Part shown: positions 19,879 through 29,635 of the stretch, piece by piece
Numbering within the stretch: position 1 is the stretch's first letter
How the letters are laid out: every line of letters begins with the position of its first letter
From: Planctomycetota bacterium
GTDB taxonomy: Bacteria > Planctomycetota > GCA-002687715 > CAIWVZ01
Direction of reading: 5' to 3'
Assembly: GCA_044222185.1 (NCBI GenBank)
Contig: JBGANV010000001.1
Coordinates: 384,001 to 448,000 of the forward strand
Length of the DNA stretch: 64,000 nucleotides
Position numbers and translations under genes: made by a program
Notes under the pieces: generated by a model
Seen by the model: only the letters and a program-made list of their open reading frames with translations
What the model was told of the DNA's origin: nothing
The model's database searches: none

Positions 19879-20379
19879 ATGGCGAGCTTCAACAAGGTGA
19901 TTCTGATGGGCAACCTGACCCGCGATCCGGAACTCAAGTTCCTGCCGAGCGGGACGCCCGTGGCCGAGTTCGGGCTCGCCATGAACCGGAAGTGGACCGA
20001 CACCCAGACGAATCAACCCCGCGAGGCGGTGACGTTCGTCGACTGCAAGTCCATGGGGCGACAGGCCGAGGTGCTGAACCAGTACTGCAAGAAGGGGAGC
20101 CCCCTGTTCATCGAGGGACGCCTCGACTACCGCCAATGGGATGCTCAGGACGGCACCAAGCGCAGCAAGCTCGAGGTCTTCGTGGAGAACTTCCAGTTCG
20201 TAGGCGCGCCCCGGGAGCAGGGAGCAGGTGGCGCCGATGGAGCTCCGGCGCCGGGTCGCGGGGCTCCGCGCCCTGCCGGCCGTTCCATGTCCCAGGGGCG
20301 GGCCGCCGAGTCGGCGGGCGACATGGAGGCCCCCGCAGGGTTCTCGGCGCCGACGCCCGACGACGACGTCCCGTTCTGA
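19879..20379 (+). CDS. ssb: Single-stranded DNA-binding protein
   Basis: FNKVILMGNLTRDPE...C-terminal DDDVPF. Confidence 0.98.
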   Translation: MASFNKVILMGNLTRDPELKFLPSGTPVAEFGLAMNRKWTDTQTNQPREAVTFVDCKSMGRQAEVLNQYCKKGSPLFIEGRLDYRQWDAQDGTKRSKLEVFVENFQFVGAPREQGAGGADGAPAPGRGAPRPAGRSMSQGRAAESAGDMEAPAGFSAPTPDDDVPF

Positions 20380-20543
20380 GTCCGGTCGCTCGCCGCCACT
20401 GACCTCCCGCGAGCGGCTGCCGCTCGCGCCGCGGCCCCTGCGGGCTCGCCGCCCGCCAAAAACTTGGGCACGTTGCCGCCAACCCCCTGCCTCGAAAGAG
20501 CTTCCGTCCGCTCGCCGGGGGCATTGACCTTTTTTCAAGGTCG

Positions 20544-20577
20544 TTGCACGCGAAAAAAAATCCGCCATAGAATGGCG
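20544..20577 (+). promoter_or_regulatory. Putative promoter with an inverted repeat over the -10 box
   Basis: TTGCAC-N18-TAGAAT; CGCCAT-aga-ATGGCG at 20563-20577. Confidence 0.5.
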
Positions 20578-20656
20578 ACGCCCCCGTTCCCCCACGAAGA
20601 CCACGCTCACATCGAGCAACGGCGAGACTCGCTGCGAAGCGCAGCGACAAACAAAG

Positions 20657-22321
20657 ATGAAACTCGGTCGAGAGAGTTGGCTGCTGGGCGTCGTCCCCGC
20701 AGTCGTTCTCATTGGGGTCATGCTGACCTGGAGTGGGGACGGTCCGCGTCGAGAGGCGAGCGGCGTCATCACGTTCCAGGCGACGACGGACGGTTCGCTT
20801 CGCACGAGCCAGGAGGTCGAACGCGCCGCCGCTGCTTCTGCGCCGCACGATCCGGCGTCCAGCGACGCTGCAGCTGATCCGACCGCGGTCGTCGGACGCG
20901 ACGAACCCGGCGCAGACCGCGCGGACGGCGACGGCATGGTGGTCGGGCCCGAGCTCCCACTCGGTTCGACGTGGACGCGTGTGCTCCGCAACCGCAACGG
21001 CGAGCCCATCAGCGGGGCGACGATCGAGGTGACGATCCATCGCAATCTCAAACTCGGGGACGACGTTCCCGTCGACGCGCCGGGAATGGAGACCCACGTC
21101 ACGCTGAAGACCGGGCCGGACGGGCTGATCTCCCTCGTGCGCATCCCGGGCTACGTGTACACGATCAAGGTGCGTGCAGACGGGTATGGCACGGAGGCGT
21201 TCCCGGTCATCGACGATCGCGAAGACAGCCTCATCCTCGATGCGGCGGCCGTGGTGATGGGGCAGGTTCGCCGACGTGGCTCGGGCGAGATCGTGAGCGG
21301 CGCCTCCGTGACTTTCGACAACGGCACGGAGCGATTCACGCTCACGACCGACAGCGAGGGGCGGTTCCGGATCGACGGCGCCAACGCACGCCGGGCGCAG
21401 ATGTTCGTCTCCGGGAACGACTTCATGGCGATGATGCGCTCGCTCGAGAATCTCCGGGCCGGTGCGGCCAATCCCGTGGAATTCCTCGTGGATGCGGGCT
21501 CGCTGCTCGAAGGCGAGGTCGTCGATGCGACGACGCAGGAGCCGCTGGCGAACGCAGCGATCCTCGTGATGGATCGGTGGACGAAGACGACCGTGTCGAT
21601 CGGCGTCAGTGACGGCCAGGGCCGATTCAGCTTCGCATCCCTCAACGCTGCGCACGACTACTCGATCCTCGCGATGCGCGGCGGGTACTTCGGCAACAGC
21701 CTGGCGCGAGTGGGGCTGTCTTCGCGGCGGACCCACGTCCGGCTGCAGATGGCGCATTCGTGGGCGCTCGGTGTCCAGGTCGGAGATGCTGGCGGTGCGC
21801 CGATCGCAGGCGCTCTCGTCCGGCTCTCGCGGACCGACCAGCTTCCCATCGATGGTGCCTCGAAGACCCGCGACGTCTTCACGGGTGAGAACGGACTGGC
21901 ATCGTTCGGAAACCTCGCGCGCGAGCTCCGGTACAAGGTCACGATCCTGCGCGACGGCTTCGGTGCGGTGGAGCTGTCGCCGATCGACTCCGGTGGCAAC
22001 GATCAGCGCGTGATCAGTGCCGGGCTCGTTCCGACGACTCTCATCTCCGGTCGCGTCGTGGACGATCTCGGCGCGCCGATTCCCTATGCCACGGTTCGCG
22101 CGACGCGCACCGACGGGGTCAGCGCGCCGGCGCTGTTCGTCATCGCCGACGACGATGGCTACTTCTCGTTCACGCAGGTCGCATCGGGCGGAGTGCTGCT
22201 CGTCGCGTTCAAGGGCGGGTTCGACAACGCGCGACTGCCGGTCGCACTGACCGAGGGGAACGACGCGGTCGACCTGACTCTCACGATGCACACGCTCGGC
22301 ACCTCGCCCGTGGGCAAGTGA
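20657..22321 (+). CDS. Membrane-anchored protein with tandem carboxypeptidase-regulatory-like repeats
   Basis: N-terminal hydrophobic segment; about five repeats of G.V.D..G.PI.GA.V...TD..G.F. Confidence 0.85.
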   Translation: MKLGRESWLLGVVPAVVLIGVMLTWSGDGPRREASGVITFQATTDGSLRTSQEVERAAAASAPHDPASSDAAADPTAVVGRDEPGADRADGDGMVVGPELPLGSTWTRVLRNRNGEPISGATIEVTIHRNLKLGDDVPVDAPGMETHVTLKTGPDGLISLVRIPGYVYTIKVRADGYGTEAFPVIDDREDSLILDAAAVVMGQVRRRGSGEIVSGASVTFDNGTERFTLTTDSEGRFRIDGANARRAQMFVSGNDFMAMMRSLENLRAGAANPVEFLVDAGSLLEGEVVDATTQEPLANAAILVMDRWTKTTVSIGVSDGQGRFSFASLNAAHDYSILAMRGGYFGNSLARVGLSSRRTHVRLQMAHSWALGVQVGDAGGAPIAGALVRLSRTDQLPIDGASKTRDVFTGENGLASFGNLARELRYKVTILRDGFGAVELSPIDSGGNDQRVISAGLVPTTLISGRVVDDLGAPIPYATVRATRTDGVSAPALFVIADDDGYFSFTQVASGGVLLVAFKGGFDNARLPVALTEGNDAVDLTLTMHTLGTSPVGK

Positions 22322-22387
22322 AGCGCGCCTTTCCGGGGCGTTACCTCCTGGATTGTGGCCCGTCCTTCGTGACAATCGGCACCATCC

Positions 22388-23179
22388 ATGCAATTCCTCC
22401 TCGCCCTTGGTGTGATCCTCGCCTGCCTTCCCCAGGACTCGAAACCCGAAACCCGTCCGGATGATCCCGCGGAAGCGTTGCTGACGAAGATCGACGGTCG
22501 CCTCTACCTTGCGGAGCAACGGGGGCTGAAATCGGTCGCCTTCACCTACAACGTGCCGATGACTGGCGTGATGACGAACCTCGGATCGGTTCGCATTCGC
22601 GTCTCGTGGCGGGCAGGCGAGAAGCCCGCCGTCGGCTTCGTGGACGAGAAGGACGCCCCGATCGGCGAAGACAAGCTTCCAGAATTCCTCCGCAAGCCGG
22701 CGTCCCGTGAAGGCCAGCGGACCCTTCGGCAGGAGTACGAGCTCGGGGCCATCGGCCTCCTCGACCTCTTTCGTGGCCAGCCCTACGGGGTCCAGTTTCG
22801 CAAGTGGCGCAAGACGGTGGAGACGCGCGAGGTCAATGGCCGCCAGGACCAGATGCTGGTCTTCGAGCCGGTCGCATCCGATTTCTTCCGCCGCGTCGAG
22901 ATGATGCTCGATCGCAGGTCGCTTCCGTGGAAGATCACGACGTTCCTTCGCGACCGGCCGGGCGCCAGCATCGTCAACGAGCCGGTGTTCGAGGAGTTCG
23001 ACGGCCAACTCGTGCAGACGTCCTTCAAGAAGACCGTCGGCGGGTCGGTCGAGCAGTTCGTGATCCACTATCAGCGGATCGAAGGCATCGTCGTCCCAGC
23101 GAGCTACGAGCGAATGGAGCGGCAGCCAGAGGAGACGACGACCAAGATCGTGTTCGAGAACGTCAAGGTCAACGGTTGA
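22388..23179 (+). CDS. Exported hypothetical protein (possibly LolA-like beta fold)
   Basis: Hydrophobic N-terminus, then alternating beta-strand pattern ending TKIVFENVKVN; fold is inference. Confidence 0.7.
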   Translation: MQFLLALGVILACLPQDSKPETRPDDPAEALLTKIDGRLYLAEQRGLKSVAFTYNVPMTGVMTNLGSVRIRVSWRAGEKPAVGFVDEKDAPIGEDKLPEFLRKPASREGQRTLRQEYELGAIGLLDLFRGQPYGVQFRKWRKTVETREVNGRQDQMLVFEPVASDFFRRVEMMLDRRSLPWKITTFLRDRPGASIVNEPVFEEFDGQLVQTSFKKTVGGSVEQFVIHYQRIEGIVVPASYERMERQPEETTTKIVFENVKVNG

Positions 23180-23192
23180 GGCTGGCGGGCGC

Positions 23193-25106
23193 TCAGCCCA
23201 GTTTGAGCTGTCGCTCGGCGTCGACCTCGTCGCGATTCAGCTGCGCGAGGGCTGTCATCAGCCGTTCCGAGAGCTCTTTGTACTCGCCGACGGCGTGCGC
23301 GAACTGGCGAAGAACCTGCACGGCCATGCGGAGGTTGCGAACGATGTCGCCCTCCTGACACGACGTGAAGTTGCGAAGGTCGTCGAATCGGCAGCCGCCC
23401 ATCCAGGCCTGTACCGCGGCCGACAGACCGAAATCGGGCACCTTCTGGCTCTCATCGAGACCGAATGCGCGTTCCGTCTTCAGGAACTCGATGATCCGTT
23501 TGGTCGCCCGGTTCTTCAGGGGCGTGATCGCGGCGGATTCGAAGCGCTCGTGCAGATCGCCCCGGCGCGCCTCGAACACGATCGCGACGACGAGGATCGC
23601 CGTCTCGACCGGTCCCAGATTCTCGAAACAGCCCGCCCAGAACAGCTCGGCGATCTGGATTTCGTAGGCATTCAGCTTCGACGCAAGCCGTCCCTTCGGC
23701 GTGAGCACCCCGTCCTGGATGTACCCGCGCTTCTCGAGGACGTCGAGCCGCGCCCGGAGCATGGCTCGCTCCTTCTTCGCCCCACCGCCGCGTTGGAACG
23801 CAGCGAAGGACCGGTCGACGGCACTGAAGATGTTGGAGCCCATGCGCCCCCAGAGTGCGAGCGTCGCCGAGTAGGACAGGTTGAACTTGCTGCGGATCGG
23901 TTCGATGGGACTGAAGATGACCTTCTTGATCCCGCCGGGCGTGTCGTAGTCGGCATCGATCACGGAGTAGACGAGTCCCTCCGTGTCCATTCCCTGACGG
24001 CCGGCGCGGCCCGCCATCTGGTAGTAGTTGAGCGTCGGCAGGTAGTCGAAGGTCACGCCATCGAACTTGCGGAGTGAGGAGAACACGACGACCCTCGCCG
24101 GCATGTTGACCCCGAGCGCGAACGTCTCGGTGGTGAACAGCAGCTTGATGAGGCCCGACGTGAACAGGCGCTCGACGATCTCCTTGTAGATCGGCAGCAT
24201 GCCGGCGTGGTGATAGAGCACCCCGCGGGACGCGAGCTGACGCAACTCGGCGAACCCGCGCTGCTTCGTCGTCTCGTATCGGGTGCCGAGCTCGTCGAAC
24301 TGCCGCGTGATCTGGTCGCTCTCCGATGTGCTGAGGAGACCGCGCCGCTGGTTCGCACGCGCTCGCGCCTCGCACTCGCGGCGCGAGAAGCAGAAGTAGA
24401 GGCATGGCAGCTTCTTCTCCTCCTGGAGCATGTCCAGGATGTCGCCGCGCCGCGCGCGGCGATCGCGCTTCTTCTGCTTCGCGTGGGGGATTTCGCGCTT
24501 GAGCTCGCTGATGCGGCACGGACCGACCTCGGGGACGAACACGCAGTGCCGCAGGGGGACCGGGCGCTCGTCCGTCTTCACGAGCTCGACGGGGTGGTTG
24601 CACACCTTCTCGATCCAGGCCCGGAACTCCTCCAGGTTGCTGATGGTGGCACTGAGGCCCACGAACCGGATGCCCTCCGGCGCGAAGATGATCGATTCCT
24701 CCCACACGGTGCCCCGGTCGTCGTCACCGATGTAGTGGATCTCGTCCATGATGACGAGTTCGATCCCGCGGAGGCGCTCGATGTCCTCGAACATCGTGTT
24801 GCGGAAGATCTCCGTCGTCATGATGAGGACGGGTGCCTCACCGTTCATCGTGACGTCGCCGGTCATGAGACCGATCTTGTCTCCGTACGCCTGGCGAAAA
24901 TCCCTGAACTTCTGGTTGGAGAGCGCCTTGATCGGCGACGTGTAGACGACGCGCACGCCGCGCTCGATGCAGCGCTCGATCGCGTACTCGGCGATCAGGG
25001 TCTTCCCGGCGCCCGTGGGTGCCGAGACGATGACGGAACTTCCGGCGTCGATGGCCTGGATCGCCGCAGCTTGGAAGGGGTAGAGCTCGAAGCCGCGGTA
25101 TTTCAT
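23193..25106 (-). CDS. Ski2/HelY-like DExH RNA helicase
   Basis: APTGAGKT, SPIKALSNQK, DEIH, LSAT, HHAGMLP, TETFALGVNMPA, QMAGRAGR, C-terminal DSHCT (EGDIVR). Confidence 0.93.
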   Translation of the reverse strand: MKYRGFELYPFQAAAIQAIDAGSSVIVSAPTGAGKTLIAEYAIERCIERGVRVVYTSPIKALSNQKFRDFRQAYGDKIGLMTGDVTMNGEAPVLIMTTEIFRNTMFEDIERLRGIELVIMDEIHYIGDDDRGTVWEESIIFAPEGIRFVGLSATISNLEEFRAWIEKVCNHPVELVKTDERPVPLRHCVFVPEVGPCRISELKREIPHAKQKKRDRRARRGDILDMLQEEKKLPCLYFCFSRRECEARARANQRRGLLSTSESDQITRQFDELGTRYETTKQRGFAELRQLASRGVLYHHAGMLPIYKEIVERLFTSGLIKLLFTTETFALGVNMPARVVVFSSLRKFDGVTFDYLPTLNYYQMAGRAGRQGMDTEGLVYSVIDADYDTPGGIKKVIFSPIEPIRSKFNLSYSATLALWGRMGSNIFSAVDRSFAAFQRGGGAKKERAMLRARLDVLEKRGYIQDGVLTPKGRLASKLNAYEIQIAELFWAGCFENLGPVETAILVVAIVFEARRGDLHERFESAAITPLKNRATKRIIEFLKTERAFGLDESQKVPDFGLSAAVQAWMGGCRFDDLRNFTSCQEGDIVRNLRMAVQVLRQFAHAVGEYKELSERLMTALAQLNRDEVDAERQLKLG

Positions 25107-25187
25107 CCGATGACGGGTCAGCGTGCGAGGAACGGTTCGCCGGCGGGGAGGTTACCAGCTCGCAGGGATGCGCCAAACGCGAACGGC

Positions 25188-25216
25188 TTGCCGCGGGACG
25201 CAACCACCGATACTCT
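25188..25216 (+). promoter_or_regulatory. Sigma70 promoter of yebC
   Basis: TTGCCG-N17-TACTCT. Confidence 0.55.
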
Positions 25217-25259
25217 CCGCGCTGGATTGCGCCAGTCACGAACGAGGTGAACCAGAGTC

Positions 25260-26015
25260 ATGTCGGGTCACAACAAGTGGGCAGGGATCAAGCATCGCAA
25301 AGCGGCCGTCGACAAGAAGAAGGGCGCCGCCTTCTCGAAGGCCGCCAAGGCCATCATCTCCGCCGTCAAGCAGGGCGGACCTGATCCGGAAGCCAACATC
25401 AAGTTGAAGTACGCCATCGAGACCGCTCGCGAGGTGAACATGCCCCGCGACAACATCGAACGGGCGATCAAGCGCGGTGCGGGCGACGGCGAGGGCGACC
25501 ATTACGAGGACCTGGTGTACGAGGGATACGGTCCGGGCAAGGTCGCCGTGTACATCGAGGTTCTCACCGACAACCGCCATCGGACCGCGCCGGAGATGCG
25601 CAAGCTCTTCGATCGGTTCGGCGGCTCGTTGGGGGACAGCGGGTCGGTGCTCTACATGTTCACCCAGCGTGCGGTGATCCGCCTGCCGGCCGCCGGCATG
25701 AACGAGGACCGCGCGATGGAGGTCGCGCTCGATGCGGGCGCGGAGAACTACGAGCTCGAGGGCGACACCTGGGTGCTGACGGCACCTCCGGCCCAGTTTG
25801 CGGGAATGCGGCAGGCGCTCGAGAAGGCGAAGATCACGCCGGCGTCTTCCGCGATCATGATGGTTCCCAACATGAACACGACGCTGAAGGACGTGGACAC
25901 GGCCCAGCGATTCGTCAAGTTCCTGGACGCGCTCGAGGAGAACGATGACGTCCAGAACGTCTATTCGACGGTGCTGATCCCGGACGAGATCGGGGAGAAG
26001 CTCGAGGACACGTAG
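25260..26015 (+). CDS. yebC: YebC/PmpR/TACO1 family protein
   Basis: MSGHNKWAGIKHRK, YEGYGPG, LTDNRHRT, LEENDDVQNVY. Confidence 0.96.
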   Translation: MSGHNKWAGIKHRKAAVDKKKGAAFSKAAKAIISAVKQGGPDPEANIKLKYAIETAREVNMPRDNIERAIKRGAGDGEGDHYEDLVYEGYGPGKVAVYIEVLTDNRHRTAPEMRKLFDRFGGSLGDSGSVLYMFTQRAVIRLPAAGMNEDRAMEVALDAGAENYELEGDTWVLTAPPAQFAGMRQALEKAKITPASSAIMMVPNMNTTLKDVDTAQRFVKFLDALEENDDVQNVYSTVLIPDEIGEKLEDT

Positions 26016-26041
26016 CGACGTGGCGGCGTGGCGGCCGCCCG

Positions 26042-26752
26042 TCAGCTCTTCGGCGGAACGGCCTTCGGCTTGCCCGCATCTTTCTGGCGCGTCGCCTTCT
26101 TCTCGTCGACGAGGCGCTCGACCTCGCGCTTGAAGTCCGTGTTCTCGATGCCGAAGAACTTCCACGAGGACTCGAACTCGACGCGGTAGATGTCGTCGAC
26201 GCGGAGCTTGGGCTGGGCGGCGAGGGCTTCCTCGATCGCCAGCGACATCATGAGCTTCGAGTCGGCGATGCGGACGCCGTCCGCCGGGACTTTCATCGAG
26301 CCGTACACCTCGGGGATCGTCCGGTATCGGAAGTACACGTTGTAGACCGTCTCCCGTACGAGGTTGACCTTGGCCTTCTGTGCGCCTGACTTCAGATCGA
26401 GCGTCGCCTCGTTCGGCCCGTTGTAGCTGACACGCTCGATCGAGACGCTCTCCAGGTCCCCGATCCGTTCGCGGAGGAAGCGTTTCACGTCGCTGCGGAC
26501 GAAGAAGTAGTCTTCGCGCGTGATCTTCTTCTCCTCGACGAGCTTCTCGGACAGGCAGCGGAACTCTTCGTGCGCGTAGGCGTCGTCCTTCTCCCCGCGG
26601 ATGACGGCTTCCCGGAGGTACTCGAAAGCGTTTTCCGGCGTCGCGAAGTCCTTTCCCGGGAGCGTGCCCTGGGGCGGGCATGTCGGGCAGGTGCAGCCCC
26701 ATGCGAGGAACGGCAGGAGGAATGGCGCGACGCGGGTGGCGGTGAATCGCAT
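26042..26752 (-). CDS. Hypothetical lipoprotein
   Basis: ATG 26752; lipobox-like LAWGC followed by TCPTC; 3' part of ORF 26042..27961. Confidence 0.75.
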   Translation of the reverse strand: MRFTATRVAPFLLPFLAWGCTCPTCPPQGTLPGKDFATPENAFEYLREAVIRGEKDDAYAHEEFRCLSEKLVEEKKITREDYFFVRSDVKRFLRERIGDLESVSIERVSYNGPNEATLDLKSGAQKAKVNLVRETVYNVYFRYRTIPEVYGSMKVPADGVRIADSKLMMSLAIEEALAAQPKLRVDDIYRVEFESSWKFFGIENTDFKREVERLVDEKKATRQKDAGKPKAVPPKS

Positions 26753-26881
26753 GGATCGGCTCTCAGCGGGGCGGGAGGTTACCACGGACGGACGATCGTC
26801 GTCCATTCTCGTGAACGCGCGGATCGGATTGCCGAATCGGAACGCAAACGGCATGATGCGGCGCCCAACGCCGGGCCGAAC

Positions 26882-28585
26882 ATGAACCAACCCCCCACAG
26901 CTGGAACCCGCGGTCGAATCGGCGAGATCCTCCAGAAGGCCGGCGTCGTGACGCCCGAACAGCTCGAGGACGCGCTTCGCTATCAGAAGGAGACGGGGCT
27001 CAAGCTGGGCGAATGCCTGACGCGCCTCGGTCACGTTCGCGGAGACGACGTCGCCCGGGCGCTGGCGCGCCAGGCCGGCCTCCCGTTCGTCGACGTGCGC
27101 AAGGGAATCATTCCGCCCAACGTGCTGGAAGCGATCCCGCGCGACATCGCCACGCAGAACAACATCCTCCCGGTGAAGGTCGAGGGGAACACGGTGATCG
27201 TCGCCGTCACCGATCCTCTCGCGGTCTTCAACCTGGAGCACATCCGCTTCATGCTGGGACTCGAGTTCAAGTGCGCCCTCACAACCGAGGACGCAATGCT
27301 CGAGGCGTTCAAGCGCTACTACAACGTCGACAAGCGCGAGGCGAAGACGGTCGGCGAGGTCGCCCGGCGCCCGGCCCAGAAAGAGGATGACGACGCTCCG
27401 ATCATCCGCCTCGTCCAGCAATGCTTCGAGGACGCCGTGCGCGCGCGGGCATCGGACATCCACGTCGAGCCCATGGCCGACCGGATCCGGATCCGGTTTC
27501 GTGTCGACGGCGTCCTGAAGACCGTGGCCGACTACCCCAAACACCTCCAGGGTGCGATCACGTCGCGCATCAAGGTCATCGGCGAGATGGACATCGCCGA
27601 GAAGCGCAAGCCGCAGGACGGGCGCATCATGCTGAAGGCGCTCGCGAAGGAGATCGACGTCCGCGTGTCGCTCCTTCCCGGGACGCACGGTGAGAGCATC
27701 GTCATGCGCCTCCTCGACAAGTCCGTCGGTCTCGTCAGCCTCGAGCGGCTCGGCCTCGGGGGAGACGACGCCAAGCGCTTCCGCAAGATCATCAAGCGCC
27801 CGAACGGGATCTTCCTCGTCACCGGCCCGACGGGATCGGGAAAGACGACGTCGCTGTATGCGGCGCTCCAGGAGCTGAACAAGCCCAGCGTCAAGATCAT
27901 CACGGCGGAAAACCCGGTCGAGTACCACTTGGCGGGAATCAACCAGTGCCAGGTGCGGCACAACATCGGTCTAGACTTCGTGCGCATCCTTCGCGCCATG
28001 TTGCGCCAGGCTCCGAACATCATCCTCGTCGGTGAAATTCGCGACCGCGAGACGGCGTCCATCGCGATCCAGGCAGCGCTCACCGGTCACCTCGTGTTCT
28101 CGACCTTGCACACCAACGATGCTCCGTCGGCGTTGACGCGACTCATCGACATGGGCGTGGCGCCATTCCTGGTGTCGTCCGCCGTATGTGCGGTCCTCGC
28201 TCAGCGACTGCTCCGCCAGCTCTGCCCGCGCTGCAAGACGCCGTACAACCCCGATCCGCAGGAGCTGGCCGACGCGGGCCTCTCCGTGGCGTCGATCACG
28301 GGCAAGACTCTCTACCGCGCCAAGGGCTGCGATGATTGCGGCGGCTCGGGGTACCGGGGCCGATTCGGCGTATTCGAGTGTTTCGAAATGGTGCCGGAGC
28401 TGCGGGAGGCCGTCTTCCGCAAGGAACCCACCTACAGATTGCGCGAGCTGGCGAGGACGTCGGGCGGCATGGCGTCGCTGCGCGAGGACGGGATCCGCAA
28501 GGCTCTCCTTGGGCAGACCTCCCTGGAAGAAGTCCTGCGCGTGCTTTCCAAGGAAAGCGTCGGAACGGAGAGCGTCGAAGCATGA
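26882..28585 (+). CDS. pilB: GspE/PilB assembly ATPase, copy 1, with N-terminal MshEN domain
   Basis: RIGEIL...ALRYQ, ASDIHVEP, PQDGRI, GPTGSGKTT, LVGEIRD, TLHTND, CxxC...CxxC. Confidence 0.92.
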   Translation: MNQPPTAGTRGRIGEILQKAGVVTPEQLEDALRYQKETGLKLGECLTRLGHVRGDDVARALARQAGLPFVDVRKGIIPPNVLEAIPRDIATQNNILPVKVEGNTVIVAVTDPLAVFNLEHIRFMLGLEFKCALTTEDAMLEAFKRYYNVDKREAKTVGEVARRPAQKEDDDAPIIRLVQQCFEDAVRARASDIHVEPMADRIRIRFRVDGVLKTVADYPKHLQGAITSRIKVIGEMDIAEKRKPQDGRIMLKALAKEIDVRVSLLPGTHGESIVMRLLDKSVGLVSLERLGLGGDDAKRFRKIIKRPNGIFLVTGPTGSGKTTSLYAALQELNKPSVKIITAENPVEYHLAGINQCQVRHNIGLDFVRILRAMLRQAPNIILVGEIRDRETASIAIQAALTGHLVFSTLHTNDAPSALTRLIDMGVAPFLVSSAVCAVLAQRLLRQLCPRCKTPYNPDPQELADAGLSVASITGKTLYRAKGCDDCGGSGYRGRFGVFECFEMVPELREAVFRKEPTYRLRELARTSGGMASLREDGIRKALLGQTSLEEVLRVLSKESVGTESVEA

Positions 28586-29634
28586 AGATCGACACGTTGA
28601 TGAAGAGCTGTATCGAGCACAACGCGAGCGACATCCACGTCTCGGTGGGACGCCGTCCGTGCCTTCGCGTCCACGGTTCGATCAGGGATCTGGACGCGGC
28701 CGTGATGACGCCCGAGCTCAGCGAGGCGCTGGTGAAGGAGATCGTGCCGCAGCGCCTGCTTCACGAGTTGGAGACGCTGGGCACGGCCGACTTCGGGTAT
28801 GCCTACGGCACGGTCGCGCGCTTTCGCTGCTCGGCGTTTCGCCAACGCGGTCACTACAGCCTGTCGTTGCGACTCATCCCGCGGACGATCCTCTCCTTCG
28901 AGCAGATCGGCCTGCCGGAGATCGTGAAGGACCTGCTTCATCGTCCCCGTGGTCTGATCCTCGTCACGGGCCCGACGGGCTCCGGCAAGACGACCACGCT
29001 CGCCACGATGATCAACGAGATCAATCAGACGCAGAGCTGCCACATCGTCACGATCGAAGATCCGGTCGAGTACTACCACGAACACAAGAAGTCGATCATC
29101 AACCAGCGTGAGATCGGACCGGACGTGACGACGTTCGCCGAAGCCATGCGCCGCGTCCTCCGGCAGGACCCGGACGTGATCCTCCTGGGGGAAATGCGCG
29201 ATCTCGAGACCATCTCGACGGCGATCACGGCGGCCGAGACCGGCCACCTCGTGTTCGGCACGCTGCACACGACGGGGTCGGCGCGAACGGTCGACCGTCT
29301 CATCGACGCGTTCCCGAAGGAACAGCAGGAGCAGATCCGCGCGCAGCTCGCCCTCTCCATCGTCGCCGTCATCAGCCAGGTGCTGGTGCCGCGTGCCGAT
29401 GGCCACGGCGTCGTCGCAGGTTTCGAGCTGATGCTCAACACCCCGGCGATCGAGAACTACATCCGCAAAGGCGAGACGTTCAAGATCACGAGCGACATCC
29501 AGACGGGGAAGAAGCGCGGCATGGTTCTTCTCGACGACCACCTGTTGCAGCTCGTCCGCGAGGGCAAGGTCAAGGCCGAGACGGCGCTCGAGTACGCACA
29601 GGATCCGAACGAACTCCGGATGAGGCTCGCCTGA
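28582..29634 (+). CDS. pilT: Type IV pilus retraction ATPase
   Basis: ASDIH, GPTGSGKTTT, TIEDPVEY, LRQDPDVILLGEMRD, AETGHLV, AIENYIR (AIRNLIRE variant). Confidence 0.95.
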   Translation: MKIDTLMKSCIEHNASDIHVSVGRRPCLRVHGSIRDLDAAVMTPELSEALVKEIVPQRLLHELETLGTADFGYAYGTVARFRCSAFRQRGHYSLSLRLIPRTILSFEQIGLPEIVKDLLHRPRGLILVTGPTGSGKTTTLATMINEINQTQSCHIVTIEDPVEYYHEHKKSIINQREIGPDVTTFAEAMRRVLRQDPDVILLGEMRDLETISTAITAAETGHLVFGTLHTTGSARTVDRLIDAFPKEQQEQIRAQLALSIVAVISQVLVPRADGHGVVAGFELMLNTPAIENYIRKGETFKITSDIQTGKKRGMVLLDDHLLQLVREGKVKAETALEYAQDPNELRMRLA

Positions 29635-29635
29635 C

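Noticed and set aside
20108-23068. 986-aa minus-strand ORF, and similar long ORFs such as 7700..9259, 29570..31111, 32915..34924, 43118..45019, 45020..47095, 53677..56199, 58023..60371
   Set aside because: Antisense shadows of well-supported genes, expected at high GC; no motifs and Arg/His-rich composition
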